NCBI GenBank assembly: GCA_013540605.1 | Contig: JABVCK010000002.1 | Coordinates: forward strand, 32,339 to 96,338 | Source of the DNA: Bacillota bacterium | Lineage (GTDB): Bacteria > Bacillota > Clostridia > Ch29 | Direction: 5' to 3' | DNA: 64,000 nucleotides | Shown here: piece after piece, positions 8,162 to 17,824 of the stretch | How positions within the stretch are numbered: position 1 is the stretch's first letter | Layout of the letters: each line of letters begins with the position of its first letter | The notes under the pieces: generated by a model | Told to the model about the DNA's origin: nothing | What the model saw: the letters and a program-made list of their open reading frames with translations, nothing else | Databases searched by the model: none | Position numbers and translations under genes: made by a program

Positions 8162-8728
8162 CTATAGGCTTTTATCTATATTGTTTCCTCTGCATTCAAT
8201 ATCAATATAGGGTTTTTGAAGCAGGTAGATATTGATATCAGGCCTTGTTGCGCTGATGTCCGGAAACTTTAGCACGGGTTCCACCTCCACCTTCCCCATC
8301 TCCCACCTTATGTCTAATCCGCCTTTGAATTCTATATCCGGACTGCTGCGGGGCATTGATACAACCGTCAACTGAACGTTTTTTTCAAGCTTCCTGGCGG
8401 CAATCTCCGGTATCCCGTTGGGGTTTTCCTCTATTTTTGCCAGGAAATTTCCCTCCCGCACTCTAGATGCAATTGCACTAAGGCCCTGTCTGAGTGATTT
8501 CTGCGCAATACCCCGCATCAAAGCATCGGGTGTTTTCAGACCCATCTCGTTAAAACATTGGGTCTGGTCTATCTCCACCTGTACCGGCTCACTGTTCATT
8601 ATGCCTTTAGGATATGTAGATTGCATTTCTACTGCAGGCAGCCGGCTCTCAATGCTCATAAAGGCATCAGTGGTGCTGATGCCTATCCTTCCAAAACTCT
8701 GGCTTATTATCAACTCCAAATATATCAC
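8162..8728 (-). CDS. YviE-like protein of flagellar operon (unknown function)
   Basis: 188 aa ORF between flgL and fliW, the position occupied by yviE in B. subtilis. Confidence 0.55.
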   Translation of the reverse strand: MIYLELIISQSFGRIGISTTDAFMSIESRLPAVEMQSTYPKGIMNSEPVQVEIDQTQCFNEMGLKTPDALMRGIAQKSLRQGLSAIASRVREGNFLAKIEENPNGIPEIAARKLEKNVQLTVVSMPRSSPDIEFKGGLDIRWEMGKVEVEPVLKFPDISATRPDINIYLLQKPYIDIECRGNNIDKSL

Positions 8729-8736
8729 CTTCTATG

Positions 8737-9627
8737 CTATCTTAAAAAGTCTACAAGCGTAGGCTGTATGATTCTGGCGCCAGCTGCCAGGGCTGACCTG
8801 TATACATTCTCCTCACTGGTAAGACGTATAATTACATCAGCCATATCAGCGTCCTCGGTCTGGGACAACAATTTGGTGAAGTTGATGTTCTCGTCCTCCA
8901 GCCTGCTGACTACAAGCTCCATCCTGTTGGTCTTTGCCCCCGCTTCCGCAACCTTTGACAATATATTTTCGATGTGAATATCCAGATCGCCTAAAAGCCC
9001 GCTGACCGTCTGCGCATCTCCTGAGTTAAGGGAACTAATCAAACTCTGCATATCCCCTAAGAGGTCCTTTCCCCCCGGTTTGAATATATCCAATGCCGTT
9101 ATGTTAGTCTGCAAAATATCGCTAACCCCTACCTGGTACAGGATTTGCCCGCCGTCCCCCAGGTAATTGAGATTGTTGTCCGCGTCAAGCTCAACAGGCG
9201 CCTGGTCGGTTTTGTAGCCTGCAAATATATATCTCCCAACATAGGTGCTGTTACCCAGCGATACCAACTGATCCCTCAACTGCACCGCTTCTTCCGCAAG
9301 CTTCTGGCTGTCTTCAGGAGTCAAAACGCCGTTGGCCCCCTGAACCGCCAACTCCCTTGCCCTTTGCAGTACGTCCTTAATCTGCATGAGTGCCGTTTCA
9401 GTGGTATCCAGCCAGGACAGCGCATCATCCGCATTTTTCTTGAACTGTTCATTCGCTTTCAAATCCGCCCTCAATTTCAGGCTCCTGGCGGTCCCTACCG
9501 GATCGTCCGAGGGAACGCGTATCTTCTTGCCGCTGGACATCTCGTCCTGGATTTTCTCCATGCGCCTTAGGCTCATGTTCAGGTTTTTTTGCATGTTGTT
9601 TATAAGCATATTATTGGTAACTCTCAT
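8737..9627 (-). CDS. flgL: Flagellar hook-associated protein 3 FlgL
   Basis: Start at internal MRVTNNMLINNMQ (RBS AGGGAGTGA); flagellin-like N/C termini. Confidence 0.85.
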   Translation of the reverse strand: MRVTNNMLINNMQKNLNMSLRRMEKIQDEMSSGKKIRVPSDDPVGTARSLKLRADLKANEQFKKNADDALSWLDTTETALMQIKDVLQRARELAVQGANGVLTPEDSQKLAEEAVQLRDQLVSLGNSTYVGRYIFAGYKTDQAPVELDADNNLNYLGDGGQILYQVGVSDILQTNITALDIFKPGGKDLLGDMQSLISSLNSGDAQTVSGLLGDLDIHIENILSKVAEAGAKTNRMELVVSRLEDENINFTKLLSQTEDADMADVIIRLTSEENVYRSALAAGARIIQPTLVDFLR

Positions 9628-9635
9628 GTCTACGG

Positions 9636-9680
9636 TCACTCCCTGTTCACTGGCCACTAGTCACTGACCACTGATATCTA
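9636..9680. repeat. Short heptad-periodic CACTGG tract
   Basis: TCACTCCCTGTTCACTGGCCACTAGTCACTGACCACTGATATC between flgK stop and flgL start. Confidence 0.6.
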
Positions 9681-11201
9681 TCTCCCGACAACACCCATTC
9701 TGTTCACTACCACTTCTATCATCTCGTCCATTGTGGTGATCATCCTTGCAGCAGCGTTGTACGAATGCTGGAACTTGATCATGTTTGCCATTTCTTCATC
9801 TATGGATACGCCGGATGTGGACATCCTTGTGATGTCCGTCTGTGTAACCAGTATATCCTGGTTGTCCCTCATCCGTATGGCTTCCTGTCCGTCTACCCCC
9901 AGTGAGGAAACCAGGGATTTTACAAAGTCCTCGGGGGTGCCAAAGGTTGGAAATATCTTGGAGTATCTCAGGTTCGCCAGCTCAAGGCCCTTGGTTGCAT
10001 CCCCCGGAACCGTGTCAAAACTGTCCGCAAAGCATATGCAGTTGAGGTCGTTGAATATCTCCTTTGAAACTGTTATGTTGGCGGCAGTAATCTCGTCCAT
10101 CGTGTTTAATTCCCTCGGAGATCCGGGTATATAAGAATCCATTGTTATATCGCTGGTGAAAAAGTATATCATATCCCCACCGGGTTCTTCATACCCGTCA
10201 TCCACCAGGCCGTACGCCGTGGTGTGTATGGCATTGAACGCAGCGGCAAATTCCCTGGCAAACGTGTTCAGCTGTCTCATATAGTACGGTACGCCCTTAT
10301 ATGTGCCAGGAGATCCGTCGCTGTCCCTCATGTCTATAAGGCCTTTAAGCTCACCGCTCTTGGGGTTGAAGACCATGCCGTCGTCCCATTGTACGTCATA
10401 CAAGCCATTTACATCAACATCGGGATTCTTGGCTGTTCCTCTTTCAACGAGCATAAGCTCGTTATACGTATTGTGGTTTACCATAAGCCTGCCCCCGACA
10501 TTTAGCCTGAAACGCCCGTCGGCATCCTCAAAGACCTTTACATCAGCTATCTTTGACATCTTGTCTACTAAAAGGTCCCTCCTGTCCCTCAAATCGTTGG
10601 CGTTGGAACCGTCGATCTCATATCTCATTATCTGCTGGTTGAGTTCGCTAATCTGTTTGGCATAGGAGTTCAACTCCTTAACCTTTGTTTCAATTGAAAA
10701 GTTAATGTCCGTCTGGATTTTTTGAAACTGACTTGCCATATGATTGAGCGTATTTGTAAATGAAATTGCATTCTCCCTGACCAGAGCCCTCACCGTCAAG
10801 CTGCCCGGATCCTTGGCCAGTTCCTGCAGGGAACTGAAAAAACTGTCAATTACCGTATTCAGCCCCGCATCCGAGGGTTCGTTGAAAACGGCCTCAATCT
10901 GGGAAAGTATATCGCTCCGGGCTTCCCATTCCCCGAGCACCATATTCTCTCCCCAGAACTTCACGTCAAGGAAGCTGTTCCTCAACCTCTCGATCTGCTG
11001 CACGGTAACCCCCGTGCCGAGCATACCGCAGCTCCCTACCGCCTCGGGGGTTGTGGTCTCCAGCACAGCCCTCTGCCTGGAATACCCATCTGTATTGACA
11101 TTGGAAATATTATGCCCGGTTACGTTCATAGCCGCCTGCTGCGCGAACAGGCCCTTGACAACTATACTCAAACCGCTGAATGAAGAACTCATACCAACCA
11201 C
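9678..11201 (-). CDS. flgK: Flagellar hook-associated protein 1 FlgK
   Basis: 507 aa, FlgK N-terminal rod/hook signature (…LFAQQAAMNVTGHNISNVNTDGYSRQ…) and C-terminal ANMIKFQHSYNAAARMI. Confidence 0.9.
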   Translation of the reverse strand: MVGMSSSFSGLSIVVKGLFAQQAAMNVTGHNISNVNTDGYSRQRAVLETTTPEAVGSCGMLGTGVTVQQIERLRNSFLDVKFWGENMVLGEWEARSDILSQIEAVFNEPSDAGLNTVIDSFFSSLQELAKDPGSLTVRALVRENAISFTNTLNHMASQFQKIQTDINFSIETKVKELNSYAKQISELNQQIMRYEIDGSNANDLRDRRDLLVDKMSKIADVKVFEDADGRFRLNVGGRLMVNHNTYNELMLVERGTAKNPDVDVNGLYDVQWDDGMVFNPKSGELKGLIDMRDSDGSPGTYKGVPYYMRQLNTFAREFAAAFNAIHTTAYGLVDDGYEEPGGDMIYFFTSDITMDSYIPGSPRELNTMDEITAANITVSKEIFNDLNCICFADSFDTVPGDATKGLELANLRYSKIFPTFGTPEDFVKSLVSSLGVDGQEAIRMRDNQDILVTQTDITRMSTSGVSIDEEMANMIKFQHSYNAAARMITTMDEMIEVVVNRMGVVGR

Positions 11202-11207
11202 TCCTGC

Positions 11208-11711
11208 CTACACTTTTTGATCGAAGAAGCTTAATCCTTCGCCCTTCTCCTTGTCTCTCCTGCTGTTGTATGTTGTATTGTTGGAATTATCCGTAATAAG
11301 GCCTATGGAAAAATTGATGTACTCAAGGGACTTTTCTATCAGCTCGCTGTTAAGGTCATTCACCTGCTTCAATTCATTTAACGTAGCGGTAACTTCCCCT
11401 TTTATATTCAGAAACCTCTCCTTCAGCTGCCCGTCTACTCCGTCAATTATCAGCTCCATGTTGATTTCCTGGGCATCCATTTCCAGATGCCGGGCCATAT
11501 CCTTAATAAGCTCTTCCCTCTGCTTCTCAAGCTGACCTACGTTTACCACCATCTTTTGCTCAACTCCGGTCATCCTGTCAAGCTCAGAGACCTTCCCCTC
11601 GACAATAATATCCGTTTTGTGCTTTGATATTTCAAGAAGGTCTTTGTATATCCTGTTCTCCTGTTCCAGGATCTCTACCAACGTAATAAGTAAGCCTTCC
11701 ATTTTGATCAT
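11208..11711 (-). CDS. flgN: FlgN-like flagellar export chaperone
   Basis: 167 aa helical protein between flgM and flgK, FlgN position and size. Confidence 0.7.
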   Translation of the reverse strand: MIKMEGLLITLVEILEQENRIYKDLLEISKHKTDIIVEGKVSELDRMTGVEQKMVVNVGQLEKQREELIKDMARHLEMDAQEINMELIIDGVDGQLKERFLNIKGEVTATLNELKQVNDLNSELIEKSLEYINFSIGLITDNSNNTTYNSRRDKEKGEGLSFFDQKV

Positions 11712-11739
11712 CCCCGCATCCCAAAATTCAATTATAGCT

Positions 11740-12042
11740 TTACACCTTTTTATCTATGAACAGCCCGTCAATAATCTTGTCTGCAACCTCTTCGGCGCTT
11801 ACATTGTACTCCCCGGCCCTTATCCGGTTTTTGATATCCGCTACCTTGCCCTCTCTGATCTCGGGCACCTGCGACAATGCCCTGAGAGCCAGCTGAAGGT
11901 CTTTGGCCTCCGCTGACAGCTCAATCCTGTCAGCTTTCCGGACACCCTCAGCGCCTGCAGCCCTTTCTGTTTTCTTCCCCTCAACTCCCTGCTTCCTGTA
12001 TACCCCCAGAATCTTCTCCATATTGCTCCAGTTAATCTTCAT
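11740..12042 (-). CDS. flgM: Anti-sigma-28 factor FlgM
   Basis: 100 aa; C-terminal …VADIKNRIRAGEYNVSAEEVADKIIDG… FlgM signature. Confidence 0.85.
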   Translation of the reverse strand: MKINWSNMEKILGVYRKQGVEGKKTERAAGAEGVRKADRIELSAEAKDLQLALRALSQVPEIREGKVADIKNRIRAGEYNVSAEEVADKIIDGLFIDKKV

Positions 12043-12122
12043 ATCGCACCACCCCGTTCAATCTCCTTCTATACTTCTATATTTGTATCGGCCGTTTTTC
12101 ATAAAAGATTTATACCGTACTA

Positions 12123-12530
12123 TTACTTTTTCCTCCTGTGCGCCATATACATCTCGCTCTTATTCCTCGATGCCGCTGTCTGCTCCTTCACCGTATAGCC
12201 CTTTTTGAGCTCCTTTTCAATATCCGCAGAACACTCGGGGCAAAACCTGCCGGTCCTTATCGGTTTGCCGCACCTCTCGCATTCCAGGAGCATATTTATA
12301 TTATCCCCGCTCAGTTCCAGCTTGCCTTCCCTTAGAAACTGCAGAATCTTGTCCACAGAAATATCAAGGGCCTCAGCTACTTCAAAGGTTGTGCTCCTGG
12401 GATGTTTTTCTATATACTCCCTTACAATTTTATACAACTGCTCATCTTCCTCTATGCAACTACCGCATATGGGTCTGCCGGTGTAAACATACAGCTTCCC
12501 GCATCTCCTGCAATTCCTCAGATTTGACAT
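12123..12530 (-). CDS. YvyF-like zinc-ribbon flagellar operon protein
   Basis: 135 aa, two CxxC pairs (CRRCGK…CGSC; CERCGK…CPEC), position upstream of flgM as yvyF in Bacillus. Confidence 0.75.
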   Translation of the reverse strand: MSNLRNCRRCGKLYVYTGRPICGSCIEEDEQLYKIVREYIEKHPRSTTFEVAEALDISVDKILQFLREGKLELSGDNINMLLECERCGKPIRTGRFCPECSADIEKELKKGYTVKEQTAASRNKSEMYMAHRRKK

Positions 12531-12545
12531 AAACCTACCTCCCCG

Positions 12546-13289
12546 TTAAAGATTAATTCCTGAAGCAAGTGTAAGTACATATACCTTGTCGCAGCCCGCA
12601 TTCTTCAAAACCCTTGCGCATTGGTTTGTTGTAGTTCCCGTAGTATATATATCGTCAACCAGCAGGACATTCTTAATGCCCCTGATGAGATTGGCATCCT
12701 TTATCTCAAAGGCCCCTTCAAGACACTCCATACGCTGCAGCCGGGTCAAGCCGCTGAGTGGAGGTGTGTTTGTTTTCCTCACAAGGGCGTCTACCTGCTT
12801 TATTTTGAGCTCACGGGCAAGGATCCTTCCCAGTAAATGGGCCTGATTATATCCCCTTTGCCTTTGTTTCTTCACATGGAGCGGTATGGGGACTACTGCC
12901 CGGATGGTGCTGTGGTCTTCCAACTCCTTAAGCCTTGCAGCCATCATACGGGCAAAGGGCCTGGCCATGTAGGGTTTGTTGCCGTATTTAAAGGCATAAA
13001 TCCATTCCTTAACCTTCCCATCATAGAGACAGAGCGAAATGGCCCTGTCAAAGGAATATGGAAAACTGCGGCAGCCGCTGCACAATTCTCCCGTCTCCAG
13101 CAGCTTTCCGCAGCGCATGCAGCTCTTATCACCAATGAAGGCTATCTTTCCCATACAGTCGCTGCAGACGCCGAAGCGATCCGCGCCTGCTATTTTCTCT
13201 CCGCAAAAGTAGCAGTTGATACCGTCGGGATAGAGAAGGTCCAAAAAATCCTCCCAAAAATTGACCATGATGGAATTCATACGACCCAC
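12546..13289 (-). CDS. comFC: ComF family protein (ComFC-like phosphoribosyltransferase with double zinc ribbon)
   Basis: 247 aa; N-terminal CxxC…CxxC pairs and C-terminal PRTase motif VLLVDDIYTTGTT. Confidence 0.85.
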   Translation of the reverse strand: MGRMNSIMVNFWEDFLDLLYPDGINCYFCGEKIAGADRFGVCSDCMGKIAFIGDKSCMRCGKLLETGELCSGCRSFPYSFDRAISLCLYDGKVKEWIYAFKYGNKPYMARPFARMMAARLKELEDHSTIRAVVPIPLHVKKQRQRGYNQAHLLGRILARELKIKQVDALVRKTNTPPLSGLTRLQRMECLEGAFEIKDANLIRGIKNVLLVDDIYTTGTTTNQCARVLKNAGCDKVYVLTLASGINL

Positions 13290-13294
13290 CCCCT

Positions 13295-15547
13295 TTATAA
13301 CCTCGAAATATAATCCCTCATCCTTATATCAAGGGCGGAAAACCTCCTTGAGATCCTATTGTTGTCAACCATCCTTCGCAGGTAATCCTCCCTGCCCACG
13401 AGTATCACCAACTGCTTTGCCCGGGTTATTGCGGTATAGAGCAGATTCCTTGTCACAAGCATCGGAGGCCCCCAGAATACCGGCATCACCATCACGGGAA
13501 ACTCGCTTCCCTGGCTCTTGTGTACCGTTACGGCGTAGGCCGGCTCCAGTTCATCCAGCTGGTTGAACCGGTAGCACACCCTTCTGTCGCCGTCAAACAA
13601 TACAACCAGTTCCTGCTCCTCATCGTCAATTTCCGTTATATACCCCATATCGCCGTTAAAAACGCCTTCCCCCTCCTCAGGCTCACCGTTTTCGCCCCCG
13701 GTTTCCCACCTGAGCCCGTAGTTGTTCTTTACCTGCATAACCTTATCCCCAACCCTGAATGTGAAGCTGCCTGCGGTTTTTTCTTTTTTGTGTGCAGCAG
13801 CCGGGTTCAGACAATCCTGCAGGCGTATATTCAGGTTTTCAACCCCCACCGGCCCTTTCCTCATGGGAGAAAGCACCTGTATATCCGTAAGGGGATTATA
13901 TCCGTTATACTCGGGCAGCCGGTTCTTGCACAGGTCAAGGATGGTCGAGACTATCTGCTGCATGTCCTTTCTCTCCAGAAAGAAAAAGTCCCCCTCCCTT
14001 GAATTCGCCACCGGATATTTGCCGTTGTTTATCCTGTGTGCATTTACCACTATTGTACTCTCCCCGGCCTGGCGGAATATCCGCTGGAGCTTAACAAACT
14101 TTACTATCCCACTGCCTATGATATCCTTGAGCACATTGCCGGGCCCTACCGACGGAAGCTGGTCTACGTCCCCGACCATAACCAGCCGCGTACCTGCCTG
14201 TACAGCCTTCAACAGGTGATGCATGAGCAGTATATCAACCATGGATACCTCATCCACTATCAGAACATCACATTCCAGCGGGCTGTCCTCATTCCGCCCG
14301 AAAAAGGAAGCTTGCTCGTTCTCATGATAAGAGAATTCAAGCAGACGGTGAATGGTACAGGCATCCTTATCGCAAGCCTGGGCCATTCTCTTTGCCGCCC
14401 TTCCCGTCGGGGCCGCCAGAATAACTTCCAGGCCGTTTCCCTCCATAATTTCTATAATTGCCTTGATTGTAGTTGTTTTGCCCGTCCCAGGTCCTCCCGT
14501 AACAACCACGACCCCATGGTGCAAAGCCTGGGTTATTGCTTCTTTCTGGACACCGTCCAGTTCAATACGGTGCTTCTCTTCATACAGCCGAATTTCGTCT
14601 TCCACATTCCCGTCAAAACCATCGTATTTCAGGAGGGATAGCTCTGTCAGCTTTGCCGCCACGGCAGCTTCGGCGTAATAAAACGGCATGTAATACACTA
14701 CCTGCTCCCCGTTTATCTGTTCCAATTTCACCTTGCCCGAGATGGCCAGTGAATTCACCGCATCCTCAACGTCGTTCCCATCAACTCCCAAAAGCTCTGC
14801 TGCTCTTTCCACCAGCACCCCCCGTGGTACGAACACATGGCCGGCTCCGGCGAATTCGGCAAGAACATGCCGGGTACCGGCAATCACCCTGCTGGGAGAG
14901 CTGTGCTCCAGCCCCATATTCATCGCAATCCTGTCAGCCCTTTTAAATCCTATACCCTCAATATCCTCGACAAGCCTGTAGGGGTCCTGCTTAATGAGCT
15001 GTATGGTCTCATCCTTGTATTTCTTGTAAATCCTTATGGCAAACGCCGGACTTATATCATAGGTCTGGAGAAAAACCATCACATCCCTCAAACCCCTCTG
15101 TTCCTCAAAGGCCTGAGCAATCTTTTCCGCCTTCTTCTTCCCGATCCCGTCCACCATCGTTAGTTTCATCGGATTATACTGGATTATATCCAATGCATCC
15201 TTCCCCAGTACTTCAACGATCTTTTTCGCGGTCTTCGGACCAATCCCCGGGATTAAACCCGAAGCAAGGTATTTTTCTATACCTTCCGGTGTGGAAGGAG
15301 CAGCTGTCTGAAATTCCTGCACCTGTACCTGTTCGCCGTAGACCGGGTGATAAACCCATTCTCCTCGTACTCTAAGGCTTTCACCTTCTTTAACAAGGGG
15401 CATATATCCCACAAGGGTAATGCTTTCACCTTCGCAGTTAAACCTGGCCACTGCATATCCGTTTTCCTCGTTTCTGTAAACTATACTGCTTATCACGCCT
15501 TCAAATTCAAGCATCCAAATTCCCCCCTGTGCAGGATATTCATTCAA
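13295..15547 (-). CDS. recD2: ATP-dependent RecD2-like DNA helicase (RecD/TraA family)
   Basis: 750 aa; HhH region, Walker A VVTGGPGTGKTT, Walker B VLIVDEVSM, C-terminal helicase motifs VTVHKSQGSEF. Confidence 0.9.
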   Translation of the reverse strand: MNEYPAQGGIWMLEFEGVISSIVYRNEENGYAVARFNCEGESITLVGYMPLVKEGESLRVRGEWVYHPVYGEQVQVQEFQTAAPSTPEGIEKYLASGLIPGIGPKTAKKIVEVLGKDALDIIQYNPMKLTMVDGIGKKKAEKIAQAFEEQRGLRDVMVFLQTYDISPAFAIRIYKKYKDETIQLIKQDPYRLVEDIEGIGFKRADRIAMNMGLEHSSPSRVIAGTRHVLAEFAGAGHVFVPRGVLVERAAELLGVDGNDVEDAVNSLAISGKVKLEQINGEQVVYYMPFYYAEAAVAAKLTELSLLKYDGFDGNVEDEIRLYEEKHRIELDGVQKEAITQALHHGVVVVTGGPGTGKTTTIKAIIEIMEGNGLEVILAAPTGRAAKRMAQACDKDACTIHRLLEFSYHENEQASFFGRNEDSPLECDVLIVDEVSMVDILLMHHLLKAVQAGTRLVMVGDVDQLPSVGPGNVLKDIIGSGIVKFVKLQRIFRQAGESTIVVNAHRINNGKYPVANSREGDFFFLERKDMQQIVSTILDLCKNRLPEYNGYNPLTDIQVLSPMRKGPVGVENLNIRLQDCLNPAAAHKKEKTAGSFTFRVGDKVMQVKNNYGLRWETGGENGEPEEGEGVFNGDMGYITEIDDEEQELVVLFDGDRRVCYRFNQLDELEPAYAVTVHKSQGSEFPVMVMPVFWGPPMLVTRNLLYTAITRAKQLVILVGREDYLRRMVDNNRISRRFSALDIRMRDYISRL

Positions 15548-15553
15548 ATTATA

Positions 15554-16126
15554 TCATAATTTTTTCCTTATTTCCTTGAGTTCATTTAGTATCAGGGCTA
15601 TATCCCCCTTGGTCGCCGGATAGCTGAGGTATCCCCGTAAAGGGCCTGCATCTTCTTCCTTATCTTTCATCATTTTCTGGTGAATAAAGTAGCAGTTGCG
15701 TATATGCTGGTTGATATTCTTTATGCTGTGGTAGCACAGGATTGAACGGTCGTTTTTCAGCGTCAGCCTTGTACCGTCATTATCTCCGTCAACATCCTTG
15801 ATGGCGAAAAAATTGATGTAACCCCGTGAAGCGTCATTTCTTGATACTGTTTTGCGTACCTTAACCGGTAAAAGGATGGTCCGCTGATTAATCGCAACCG
15901 GCACTGCCCTGCTGCACCCCAGCATCTCTCCGTACTTCTTGCGCGCAGCCTGTAAATCGACGGTATGGTCCCTTGCCAGCCGCTTCAGTACAGTTGCTAT
16001 TGTCCTTGGTATCACAATAGGTTCTTCTTCGAGAAAAACAACTTCCGTCGCGTTCCCGTACTGCTTATGATAACAGGGAACAAGGGCCGCTATGTTTTTG
16101 CCGTCAAGTTTTTTTGTTTCGCTCAA
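15554..16126 (-). CDS. ComK-like competence transcription factor (tentative)
   Basis: 190 aa; spacing/pattern similarity to ComK central region (…RAVPVAINQRTILLPVKV…GYINFFAI…); adjacent to comF genes. Confidence 0.4.
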   Translation of the reverse strand: MSETKKLDGKNIAALVPCYHKQYGNATEVVFLEEEPIVIPRTIATVLKRLARDHTVDLQAARKKYGEMLGCSRAVPVAINQRTILLPVKVRKTVSRNDASRGYINFFAIKDVDGDNDGTRLTLKNDRSILCYHSIKNINQHIRNCYFIHQKMMKDKEEDAGPLRGYLSYPATKGDIALILNELKEIRKKL

Positions 16127-16229
16127 CTGAATTCCTCCTATTGTTAATCTAAAACATAATTATGCATGTTATTGTTTTTTGTGAAGGCAAAGGCCGGCTT
16201 TTCGCCGGCCCTTGCCTAATCGGAGACAT

Positions 16230-16457
16230 TTAACCTACGGGGATCTCAGTAATATCCGTAGACACTATCCTTGCGCCGTATATCCCGGTGATATCCCCTC
16301 CGCTGGTCGTAAACACATTCTTCGCCACTATGACATCCATAGCTCCCTGGACCTCAGCCTCAGTTATATCGCTGCGCACGTTGTCAACTGAAATAGTTGA
16401 CCTTCTGCCGGCTGCGTTAACGAATATCATTTCAAGCCTGCTCGCCATAAGACTCAC
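16230..16457 (-). CDS. DUF2922 family small protein
   Basis: 75 aa; …ISVDNVRSDITEAEVQGAMDVIVAKNVFTTSGG… typical of DUF2922, paired with DUF1659. Confidence 0.7.
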   Translation of the reverse strand: MSLMASRLEMIFVNAAGRRSTISVDNVRSDITEAEVQGAMDVIVAKNVFTTSGGDITGIYGARIVSTDITEIPVG

Positions 16458-16490
16458 CTCCCTTCAGAACATTGCGAACATTTCCGGATG

Positions 16491-16660
16491 CCAGATCACA
16501 GATTCTAGATCGCAGTTCGCAGATCGCAGATCGCAGGTGCTAGTTCACAGTTTTCAGATCACAGTTTACAGTTCACAGGTGCTAGGTCCTAGTTACTGAT
16601 CACTGGTAACTGAAAACCGGCAACTGGCCACTAGCCACTGGTCACTGGCAGCTGATCACT
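16491..16660. repeat. Heptad-periodic CAG/CACTGG inverted-repeat tract
   Basis: CCAGATCACAGATTCTAGATCGCAGTTCGCAGATCGCAGATCGCAGGTGCTAGTTCACAG… then …CACTGGTAACTG…CCACTGGTCACTGG; two halves are approximate reverse complements. Confidence 0.8.
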
Positions 16661-16883
16661 AGACATCCACCATTTCCACCTGGTTGATCCTGTCAATGGA
16701 TGCTGCCGGAAACTCCTGAAGGCTAATAAGCGCTACGGCTATATCGTACACATCCTGGTCAGCGGCGCCGGCCTTTATACCCGAATAGGTCCGGGTTGAA
16801 TACTTTGGGTTTCCCTGGTCATCCTGCCCTATCTCCAGCCTGATTCTCAGCCTGGAGTCTACGGGTTGAACCTGTAGAGCCAT
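16659..16883 (-). CDS. DUF1659 family small protein
   Basis: 74 aa; partner of DUF2922 as usually found in Bacilli/Clostridia. Confidence 0.7.
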   Translation of the reverse strand: MALQVQPVDSRLRIRLEIGQDDQGNPKYSTRTYSGIKAGAADQDVYDIAVALISLQEFPAASIDRINQVEMVDV

Positions 16884-16959
16884 TTGCTTTCACCTCCTTT
16901 GCTCTTGCCTAATGTAATTCTAACCTGCGGACAAGTACCGGGTAAAAGGCCGCACCGCA

Positions 16960-17060
16960 CCTTAGCGGCATACATTATGCCGGTTAAACGGACACAAAAA
17001 ATAAAACGAGCGGTGTTAAGGCTCTCTTCTTCCAAAACACCGCCTGTTAAAAGCCGTTCC
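16960..17060 (+). repeat. Copy H1 of ~80-bp hairpin element derived from metK 3-prime end
   Basis: GCGGTGTTAAGGCTCTCTTCTTCCAAAACACCGCCTGTTAAAAGCCGTTCCCTTGCTATTTGCCGAAGGC ~85 percent identical to 32862-32945, which overlaps the true metK stop. Confidence 0.8.
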
Positions 17061-17164
17061 CTTGCTATTTGCCGAAGGCCTGGTTTTTTAGCAAGTCTTA
17101 TCTTAATTTCATCATTAGGTATAGCTAACCCAGTTCATCTATCCTGAGCAAAAACAGCTGAATA

Positions 17165-17483
17165 TATTAAATAACCACCATCCAAGTTTTTCACTCTGTA
17201 ACCGTTTAATTTTAAACACAAACAGAGGGATAAAACACAAACAGACAACACAAACAGAGGGACAGGTAAATAACCACCATCCAAGTTTTTCACTCTGTAA
17301 CCGTTTAATTTGAGCATTCTGGCAGCTATATATCCCCTGACACACAAACACAAACAGAGGGACATGAACACAAACAGAGGGACAGGTACTGTGTTTGACG
17401 GCCCTTGAGTACAGATAGGATACAAGTAGAAAACGAAGGAACATTATAAAGCATGATGGGATCAATAGGACCGTCCCCATGCT
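17165..17483 (+). repeat. Composite repeat R1: duplicated 44-bp unit, ACAAACAGRGGGACA minisatellite, and 112-bp block shared with 31193-31307
   Basis: AATAACCACCATCCAAGTTTTTCACTCTGTAACCGTTTAATTT at 17170 and 17268; CACAAACAGAGGGACA x5; block 17372-17483 matches 31193-31307 with 1-2 mismatches, bounded by GGGACAGG…CCGTCCCC. Confidence 0.85.
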
Positions 17484-17824
17484 GATTCTTCGTCCTCTGA
17501 TCATAAGGCAATTCTATAAAGATTGTAACACTGTGGTTATTTCCATTCAGTCTGCCTGCAAATTTATTTTTAACATACTGATTATGTCTGATACCAGATC
17601 AAAATATTTACCGATGGTGTCAAGAAGCATAAACTACTTGGCGTTTGCAATCTGGTAGGGGGATGAAAGACGTTCGATATCCACCTAAAAAGTTGCTTAC
17701 AGGCCCTTTTACGCTGCTTGTCGCACTGCCTGTGGCAGAACCGCTGGCCGTAACTTTCAGCTTGATATATTTGCCGGTATCATTTTCGGTGATGATACAC
17801 GTCGCGCCAGTCGCGCCAGGTATG

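Noticed and set aside
13520-14219. Several plus-strand ORFs (160-201 aa) within recD2
   Set aside because: Antisense to a long, motif-rich helicase CDS; no independent support.
16960-17060. Hairpin element as a canonical rho-independent terminator
   Set aside because: Stem-loop GGCGGTGTT…AACACCGCC is not followed by a U-run on either strand; its identity to the metK end makes a duplicated target-site remnant more likely.
17165-17320. Possible mini CRISPR array (44-bp unit repeated twice with ~55-bp spacer)
   Set aside because: Only two copies; the 'spacer' is itself the low-complexity ACAAACAGAGGGACA minisatellite; no cas genes; better explained as part of the composite R repeat.
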